Shown here in pieces: positions 57,606-64,000 of a stretch of DNA of 64,000 bases. The notes below the pieces were generated by a model that worked only from the letters and a program-made list of their open reading frames with translations, was not told the DNA's origin and made no database searches. Position numbers and translations under genes: made by a program. The stretch lies in contig OY771587.1 in NCBI GenBank assembly GCA_963674825.1, positions 96,001 to 160,000 on the forward strand, written 5' to 3'. Within the stretch, counting starts at the first letter, position 1. The number at the start of each line of letters is the position of its first letter. This stretch comes from Candidatus Cloacimonadales bacterium. Its GTDB lineage: Bacteria; Cloacimonadota; Cloacimonadia; Cloacimonadales; JAIOQZ01.

Positions 57606-59801
57606 ATGAGATCCGTTTACCTCGATTACAACGCAACCACGCCGATCGATCCGGAAGTCGCAGCAGCGATGCAACCATTTCTGGGTGAATATTTTGGTAA
57701 TCCATCCAGCAGCCATTACTATGGTGTTCAAACACGCAAAGCGGTTGAAGAAGCACGCAAACATGTCGCCAACCTGCTGCACGCACACCCGGATGAGATC
57801 ATCTTTACCAGCGGTGGCACCGAATCGAATAACTATGCCATCAAGGGAATCGCATTGACCCGTCGCAATCGAGGCAACCACATCATCACAACCGCCATCG
57901 AGCATCCGGCCGTTGTCGAGGTGTGCCGATATCTTGAAAAGCAGGGCTTCCGAATCACCTTCCTCCCGGTTGATGCTGACGGCTTGGTGAATCCCGTCGA
58001 TCTGCAGAAAGCGATCACACCGCAGACAATCCTGGTTAGCGTCATGCACGCCAACAACGAAGTCGGCACCATCCAACCGATTTCCGAACTCTCCGCCATA
58101 GCGCATAGCCACAAGGTCGCGTTCCATTGCGATGCCGCGCAATCGGTAGGTAAAATCCCGGTTCATGTAGACGAGATGGGAATCGATCTGTTGTCTGTAG
58201 CTGGGCACAAGCTTTACGCTCCCAAAGGTATTGGCGCTCTGTATATCAAGCGAGGAATCACACTGGAGAAGCTTATTCACGGCGCGGATCACGAGCAAAA
58301 TCTCCGAGCCGGAACCGAGAACATTCTGGAGATTGCCGGGCTCGGCAAAGCCTGTGAAATTGCCGCTCGCGACCTCGAGAAGAACATGGATCACATGCGA
58401 AAGATGCGCGATCTCTTGCAACACGGGTTGCAGGAATCCGGACTCGATTTCCGACTGAACGGACATGAAGAGAAACGGCTTCCCAACACGCTTAGCCTGT
58501 CGTTCAAGGGTGTCGAAGCAAATACGGCGCTATCTGAACTTGACGACGTCGCCGCGTCAGCCGGCGCAGCATGCCACTCGGATCAGGTGGATGTCTCGGC
58601 GGTACTGGAGGCGATGAAAGTACCGATCGAATATGCGATGGGCACGATTCGGCTCTCCACCGGCCGTACAACGACCGAAGAAGACATTCAATTTGCGGTT
58701 AAACGCATGACCGAGGTCATATCCCGATTCCAGAACGTCGAGGATGAAGCACCCTCGCAGATGATCGCCACCTCGGAAATCAAGCTAACACATTTCACGC
58801 ACGGCATGGGCTGCGCTTGCAAGATTGAGCCGGATGTGCTGGAGAAGGTATTGCGTAAGCTTCCACAGCCGATTCATGAAAATATTTTGGTTGGAACTTC
58901 CACCGCCGACGACGCCGCAGTCTATAAGATTTCTGACGATCAGGCCGTTGTGGTAACACTCGACTTCTTCACTCCCATCGCAGATGATCCATACACCTTT
59001 GGACAGATCGCGGCCGCGAACGCCCTCAGCGACCTCTATGCCATGGGTGCAACACCGCTTTTCGGTTTGAACATCGTCGCCTTCCCCATCAAGCGGTTAC
59101 CACTCGAGGTGCTGGAAGCAGTGCTCAAAGGTGCTCAATCCAAGGCGGACGAGGCAGGCATCTTCATCATCGGCGGTCACTCCATTGAGGATCCCGAGCT
59201 GAAATACGGGATGGTCGCGGTCGGAGTTGTACATCCCGATAAGATCTGGCGCAACGCGGGAATCAAGCCGGGCGATTCTCTTATCCTGACCAAACCTATC
59301 GGAACCGGCGTCCTCTCGACCGCGCTCAAACGCGGCTTGCTGGACAGCGCTCAGGAAGAGAAGCTCTATGAAAACATGTCCACGCTAAATGCCGAAGCGT
59401 ACTCCGTGTTGAAAGAATACCCGGTCAGCGCCTGTACCGACGTAACCGGTTTTGGTCTGCTGGGGCATCTTACCGAGATGTCCGTTCACAGCAAGATGGA
59501 TGTGGAGATTGTTGCGAACGATGTGCCGGTAATGGAGAACGTCATGGAGCTGATCGCAGCGAACGTGGTTCCAGGCGGTACGCGCGCGAATCTGAATCAC
59601 GTTGAGCATCTGGTACATTGGGACCTGGCTTTGCCACAGAAGCTGCTTCTGTGCGATGCGCAAACATCCGGTGGTCTATTGGCGTCACTGCCTTCGGGGC
59701 AAGCCCAAGACGCAATGGAAAAGCTTCAGGAGAAGGGTCTCAATGCAAGGATTATCGGAAAAGCGCTTCAGGAAGGATCGGGAAAGATTTTCGTTCGGTA
59801 G
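57606..59801 (+). CDS. selD: Cysteine desulfurase/selenocysteine lyase (NifS group I) - selenophosphate synthetase fusion
   Basis: N half: YLDYNATTP, GNPSS, FTSGGTE, GHKLYAPKG, GAACHSD. C half: GCACK, DDAAV, LDFFTP, ANALSDLYAMG, TDVTGFGL, DAQTSGGLL. Single uninterrupted frame. Confidence 0.95.
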   Translation: MRSVYLDYNATTPIDPEVAAAMQPFLGEYFGNPSSSHYYGVQTRKAVEEARKHVANLLHAHPDEIIFTSGGTESNNYAIKGIALTRRNRGNHIITTAIEHPAVVEVCRYLEKQGFRITFLPVDADGLVNPVDLQKAITPQTILVSVMHANNEVGTIQPISELSAIAHSHKVAFHCDAAQSVGKIPVHVDEMGIDLLSVAGHKLYAPKGIGALYIKRGITLEKLIHGADHEQNLRAGTENILEIAGLGKACEIAARDLEKNMDHMRKMRDLLQHGLQESGLDFRLNGHEEKRLPNTLSLSFKGVEANTALSELDDVAASAGAACHSDQVDVSAVLEAMKVPIEYAMGTIRLSTGRTTTEEDIQFAVKRMTEVISRFQNVEDEAPSQMIATSEIKLTHFTHGMGCACKIEPDVLEKVLRKLPQPIHENILVGTSTADDAAVYKISDDQAVVVTLDFFTPIADDPYTFGQIAAANALSDLYAMGATPLFGLNIVAFPIKRLPLEVLEAVLKGAQSKADEAGIFIIGGHSIEDPELKYGMVAVGVVHPDKIWRNAGIKPGDSLILTKPIGTGVLSTALKRGLLDSAQEEKLYENMSTLNAEAYSVLKEYPVSACTDVTGFGLLGHLTEMSVHSKMDVEIVANDVPVMENVMELIAANVVPGGTRANLNHVEHLVHWDLALPQKLLLCDAQTSGGLLASLPSGQAQDAMEKLQEKGLNARIIGKALQEGSGKIFVR

Positions 59802-60460
59802 TCGTCAGGATCTGAGAAGTCAAGCCACATACGGTTGATACGCGCGTCCATTGAGGGTTCGATATCACGATAGCGTTTCCGGCGTTTGTCGAACCGATCG
59901 ATCCAGACAGGAAATAGTGACCGCCACCGGTCCAGTCGCAAATAACCTTCCTGGAATACGCTCAGATAGGAACGCACAGCGTTTCGAAACATGGATGAAG
60001 GGTACTCAGAGGCCAGGAACAGCAAAAAATGGATAGCATCTTCTTCTGGTTCGCTCATTTGGCTCTCTTCGAAATCGATCATCCACCAGATATTCCCATC
60101 GTAAAGATAATTCCGTGGATTCGTATCGATATGACATAGCGACAGTCCATCGTGCTGTTTCAGGCCGTGAAGCTTCTGATGAAGCCGCGCGATTGGTCTA
60201 AAATCAACGTGCTGATCGCATGTAATGTACTGGAATAAGGTAACCGATGGGATGTAGCTTAGAATCAGCGTGTCACGATTGTTATGATCGAGTAACTGGG
60301 GAGCAAAATCCGGTTTGAGATGATAGATCTTCAACTCGGGATATAAAGAATCTGGATCATGAAACTTCTTAGTGACAGTCTGGCTTTCGGGGTCGATCAG
60401 GAGAATCGATTTACCCGTCTGGATGGTTCTAACTGTTTTCTTGTTTGCTGTCTTCTCCAT
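59768..60460 (-). CDS. APH/choline-kinase-like phosphotransferase
   Basis: VTKKF, HIDTNPRNYL, IDFEE. Confidence 0.75.
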   Translation of the reverse strand: MEKTANKKTVRTIQTGKSILLIDPESQTVTKKFHDPDSLYPELKIYHLKPDFAPQLLDHNNRDTLILSYIPSVTLFQYITCDQHVDFRPIARLHQKLHGLKQHDGLSLCHIDTNPRNYLYDGNIWWMIDFEESQMSEPEEDAIHFLLFLASEYPSSMFRNAVRSYLSVFQEGYLRLDRWRSLFPVWIDRFDKRRKRYRDIEPSMDARINRMWLDFSDPDDYRTKIFPDPS

Positions 60461-62000
60461 CGAGTGCATCATCGAAAATCACCATTTCCGTGTTCTTGGT
60501 ATAATGACCGAACGAGACATTGTTGCCCGACTTGAATTTCTCCAAAATCTTCGTCATCTGCGTGAAAGCTCCGTCAATCCGATTCAGGTGCTTCTTTTGC
60601 TTGGCGGTAAGACTCCGCGTTTCTTCGAGCATATCGAACATATCGAGATTACCCTTCATAACCATCAGCGGCTGATTCAGCTCATGGTGGGCGGTTACAG
60701 CCAGCGCCAGGGCGGAGTTTCGCTTCTCGAGCTGGATAACTTCCTGCTGGTTTTTTTTGAGCATCAGGTAAGATTTTTCGAGCTCTTCATTTTTCTGCCT
60801 GTAGATCTCGGCCTCTTTCTCTTTCTTCTCAGTTTCGAATCGGGTCTGCATTTCCGCAAGTTTTTTGTTGCTCTCTTCGTTGAAGAGTTCGTCTTTCACC
60901 GAGGAATATTTCAGATGATACTGGTAGGCTCTCTCGAAATCCGCTAGAATTGAATAGAGCTTGGATAGTTCGTAATAGCTGTCCTTGAGATCATAGCGGA
61001 AATTTGATTCGATTGCGGTTTCAACGCTCTTGATAAGAAATGCCTCGGCAGTCTTGAGGTCATCCAGCTTGCGGTGGATTCGGCCCAGATAGCGCAAAGC
61101 CACGACAGTATTTTCCCGGTAATCAATGCTTTCACTAATATCGAGAGCCTGATGCAGGCAACTTACAGCTTGTTCGTTCTCGCCATTGGAGTAGTGAACC
61201 ATACCAATGCCAAGAAGACTGCTGCTCAAGCCCTCTTTATGCCCGATTTCATTGCTGAGAGCCATCGCCTCGTTATAGTATAGCAAAGCTTTGTCGTAAT
61301 CATGAAGCTTGTAGTAAAGTTTGCCCATGTTGTTCGTTGCAAAGGCACATCGCTCTTTGATGCCCAATCCGCAGACAAGATCGTATCCGCGCTTGAAGTA
61401 ATCCAGAGCACGTTCGTAATCTTCTGTAGTCAGGTAAACTTCGCCGATATTGAGAAGCGGATCCGCCATCAAATCGCCTTGATCGAGCTCCTCTGCAAGA
61501 TGTAGCGCTTTGAGCTGATATTCCAGCGCAATATCATAGCAGCCCCAGTTTTGATAGAGCTCGCCCATGTTGATATAGCATATTGCCATTCCGTCTTTCG
61601 AATCCCGTTTCATCTGGATATCGAGCGACTTCTTGTAGTATTCCAGCGCAAGGTCGTTTTGCCCGTAATTAGCATAATTTACAGCGATATTGTTGTAGCA
61701 GCTTGCGACACCGTCCATATAGCCGATATCCAGAGAGAGATCCAGACTCTGGTTGTAGTATTCTATAGCTTTGGGGTATTCGCCAGCTATGCCATAGGAT
61801 ATCCCAATATAGCGCAATGCGTCGCACTCAGCTTCTCGATTTTTGTAGCGACGGGCAAGATCGAGCGCTTTCAAGCCATATTCACGGGCTTTCTCCGTGG
61901 ATATCTGAGAGAAGATTTTACTGATACGGTTGATGATCGGAATTTGTTCCTCTTCGGGTAAATCCGCCATCATCCTTTTCAGTTGCTCGATTGAATCCAT
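60429..62000 (-). CDS. TPR-repeat protein with C-terminal HisKA domain and no ATPase domain
   Basis: Many 40-aa TPR repeats; RFETEKKEKE linker; AHHELNQPL; protein ends about 70 aa later. Confidence 0.88.
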   Translation of the reverse strand: MDSIEQLKRMMADLPEEEQIPIINRISKIFSQISTEKAREYGLKALDLARRYKNREAECDALRYIGISYGIAGEYPKAIEYYNQSLDLSLDIGYMDGVASCYNNIAVNYANYGQNDLALEYYKKSLDIQMKRDSKDGMAICYINMGELYQNWGCYDIALEYQLKALHLAEELDQGDLMADPLLNIGEVYLTTEDYERALDYFKRGYDLVCGLGIKERCAFATNNMGKLYYKLHDYDKALLYYNEAMALSNEIGHKEGLSSSLLGIGMVHYSNGENEQAVSCLHQALDISESIDYRENTVVALRYLGRIHRKLDDLKTAEAFLIKSVETAIESNFRYDLKDSYYELSKLYSILADFERAYQYHLKYSSVKDELFNEESNKKLAEMQTRFETEKKEKEAEIYRQKNEELEKSYLMLKKNQQEVIQLEKRNSALALAVTAHHELNQPLMVMKGNLDMFDMLEETRSLTAKQKKHLNRIDGAFTQMTKILEKFKSGNNVSFGHYTKNTEMVIFDDALDGEDSKQENS

Positions 62001-62002
62001 AT

Positions 62003-62755
62003 TTACCGTTCCGGTTTCATAACAATCTGAATCTCGTTCTGCGAGAAACCTTTCAAATTTTTAACCATACCATAGATCGCATCGTAAATAATGTCTTGCA
62101 CAAATGGTACCATTGAGATGTCTTTATCGCCGATGCGGATTGAGATTTTCCTGTCAGACTCCGCAACGCAATCCGTTCGTTTCATCTCTCCACTGAGGAT
62201 TCGAGTCACGGCATCGCGGCATGTAGAGCCGCAAGCTGTGCAGCATGAATCATCAGACATTGGTAACACTTTAAACACATTTGCAATCACAATATCTGCG
62301 ATCTTTTTAATATCTTTTACAGGATGGAGGATCGGAACCCCCTTGTATGTGTCATAATTATTTGACACTTTTCCCGAAATTGCGACAACCGTGCCGTCCA
62401 GAAGCTCGTCAATCTGCTCGAAAGTCTCAGCGCAAATAATGCGCGGAAGCGGCTCTTCTTTCATCCCCTCTACAATAACGTAATCAGCGTCAAGCCGTTC
62501 CAGCATCTCTTTGAGTGTAAGCTGGCTATGCCACACCTGATAGGTCTCGTTGAGCCCCCGGGCAAAGACAACTTCGCTGCCGGCTTCCCAGTGCCGCCAG
62601 CTATTGGATCCCTCACGCTCCATGGTGAACTGCTCGTTGTGGATGTCCTTGATGGACTGCACAGTAAAATCGCGACGCCGCAGTTCCTTGATCAGGTTTT
62701 CCGCGACGGTCGTCTTACCTGTATGATGATATCCGGCAATGCTCAATACTTTCAT
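62003..62755 (-). CDS. mobB: Molybdopterin-guanine dinucleotide biosynthesis protein B with C-terminal FeS domain
   Basis: GYHHTGKTT, IKDIH, IVEGMK, CTACGSTC...C, VPFVQ. Confidence 0.88.
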   Translation of the reverse strand: MKVLSIAGYHHTGKTTVAENLIKELRRRDFTVQSIKDIHNEQFTMEREGSNSWRHWEAGSEVVFARGLNETYQVWHSQLTLKEMLERLDADYVIVEGMKEEPLPRIICAETFEQIDELLDGTVVAISGKVSNNYDTYKGVPILHPVKDIKKIADIVIANVFKVLPMSDDSCCTACGSTCRDAVTRILSGEMKRTDCVAESDRKISIRIGDKDISMVPFVQDIIYDAIYGMVKNLKGFSQNEIQIVMKPER

Positions 62756-62764
62756 ATTATACTC

Positions 62765-63406
62765 CTATGGAAGGATGTGAGGCGCCCACTCGAAGAGCAG
62801 GAATTGCAGCCGTCCGATAAGCAGCGAAATTCGCGCCATGGCCGTATAACCAAAGGCCGCACCAAAGCTGACCATCAGGAAATAGATACCGATCTTGGCA
62901 CCGACACCGAACGCGCCTTCTTGCTTCTTGCTGAAGAAGAAGTACATCACTCCGGTAATCGTACCCACAACCATCAGGATTTGCCCGATGATCTCTGCAA
63001 CTGATCCGCTGAACGGATTGATCATGGTGGCAGTCATCTGCGAAATAACATCCGACTTCATGTAACGCATGAAGGAGATACCCGCGGTGGTGCCGATCAT
63101 GAGCGCGATAGGATAGCGGCTGAGCCAGGCGACCTTCGGTACAAGCTGGGTGAGCATGAGAATACCGAGGATTCCCGGGACGATCAGCAGCCAGTGTGCG
63201 CTGAAATCGGTCGAGAGCTTGGTGAAAAGGTTGGGGATCAGGATGAAATAGATCGTATAGACGAACCAGTATCCAGCAGAAAGCCCCACAAATATCTGTT
63301 CAGCAACCTTGTAGAAGGGATTATCCTTGTACAGGAAGCTATAAATACCAAACGTAAGAAGCGCTCCAATCCAGAGCCCGAGCCAGTTCATGAAGTGTTC
63401 CATCAT
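62765..63406 (-). CDS. Conserved hypothetical membrane protein
   Basis: About 6 TM helices; SFLYKDNPFYK, FGAAFGYT..AR motifs. Confidence 0.8.
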   Translation of the reverse strand: MMEHFMNWLGLWIGALLTFGIYSFLYKDNPFYKVAEQIFVGLSAGYWFVYTIYFILIPNLFTKLSTDFSAHWLLIVPGILGILMLTQLVPKVAWLSRYPIALMIGTTAGISFMRYMKSDVISQMTATMINPFSGSVAEIIGQILMVVGTITGVMYFFFSKKQEGAFGVGAKIGIYFLMVSFGAAFGYTAMARISLLIGRLQFLLFEWAPHILP

Positions 63407-63999
63407 TCCCCCTTCTTCCGCTTGCGAATAAAGTGATATTGGTAGTTACCAATTGCGATGAACATGATGATGATCAGGTGCGCGATCGACTGCGCGTCCA
63501 TTCCGCTGGTGGCGATGCCGAGATGCCCGGAGAGCTTCTCGTATTCGGCAGCAGCCTTGAGTCCGCCCAAAAGACCGTAAAGCTGCTTTTGGTCGTTCAC
63601 ATACGGGAGGATCGAAGGAGCGCTGACAGCAGTTGCGCCTCCAGTGGTGATCACTTTGTTCTTGTCATGTGCGACCATCACCCATTGCTTGATGCCGGGA
63701 TCACCAGCTGAAATACTGCATACAAAAGCAAAGTCTTTGAGATTACGGATGCCTTTCATGATGGGCAGTTCATCAATAGGTGTACCGCTCATATCGGTTG
63801 GATAGACATCGCGCATATTGGTCCCCATCTTCTGGATGGTTACGATACCACCTGCTTTGAAGCCGAGGTTCACGAAATCGACACCCTCTCTAATATCGGG
63901 CATCTCTTCCTGAAGTCGCTTGAAGGTCTCTGCACAAAGGCTTGCTCCCATTGGCCAAAGCGCTGTACAGACGACTTTATATTTACGCTCCAGCGCATT
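63403..63999 (-). CDS. Conserved hypothetical membrane protein (5' partial)
   Basis: Frame open to the window end; DFVNLGF, GLKAAAEYE, MDAQSIAH, C-terminal TM. Confidence 0.8.
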   Translation of the reverse strand, partial: NALERKYKVVCTALWPMGASLCAETFKRLQEEMPDIREGVDFVNLGFKAGGIVTIQKMGTNMRDVYPTDMSGTPIDELPIMKGIRNLKDFAFVCSISAGDPGIKQWVMVAHDKNKVITTGGATAVSAPSILPYVNDQKQLYGLLGGLKAAAEYEKLSGHLGIATSGMDAQSIAHLIIIMFIAIGNYQYHFIRKRKKGE

Positions 64000-64000
64000 T

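Overview
64 kb of bacterial chromosome, ~50% GC by eye and densely coding. It is probably from Candidatus Cloacimonadota or a related FCB-group anaerobe; this is inferred from two secreted proteins with 'PNPF...IYN(I/V)(R/K)GQRVR...W.G' FlgD/T9SS-type C-terminal domains, a PorX-like regulator and waaA. Housekeeping genes include yhaM-, yycJ- and rseP-like genes, tgt, panB, lysC, coaE, cdaA, folP, exbBD-tonB, HU, dnaN, recF, waaA, amrS and mobB. There are five tRNAs (2 identical Gln-CTG, Gln-TTG, Ser-GCT, Ser-TGA) and many c-di-GMP and two-component genes. The most notable items are: (1) a REP-associated tyrosine transposase (RAYT) flanked by 13 REP copies in two classes, including five regular 67-69 bp nested-hairpin units directly upstream of the gene, plus two solitary REPs elsewhere; (2) a selenium/molybdenum-cofactor neighbourhood with a cysteine desulfurase-SelD fusion divergent from an FdhD that lacks its catalytic Cys motif, a MobB-FeS protein, and a second stand-alone SelD; (3) a hydrogenase-type regulatory operon split by a 6 kb opposite-strand signalling cassette; (4) a 1498-aa secreted protein with eight near-invariant 17-aa repeats; (5) a TerB-like/ABCG fusion with a partner lipoprotein; (6) a probable ATT start for tgt and an internal beta-subunit start in lysC. 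All calls were made by eye from motifs; no searches were run.
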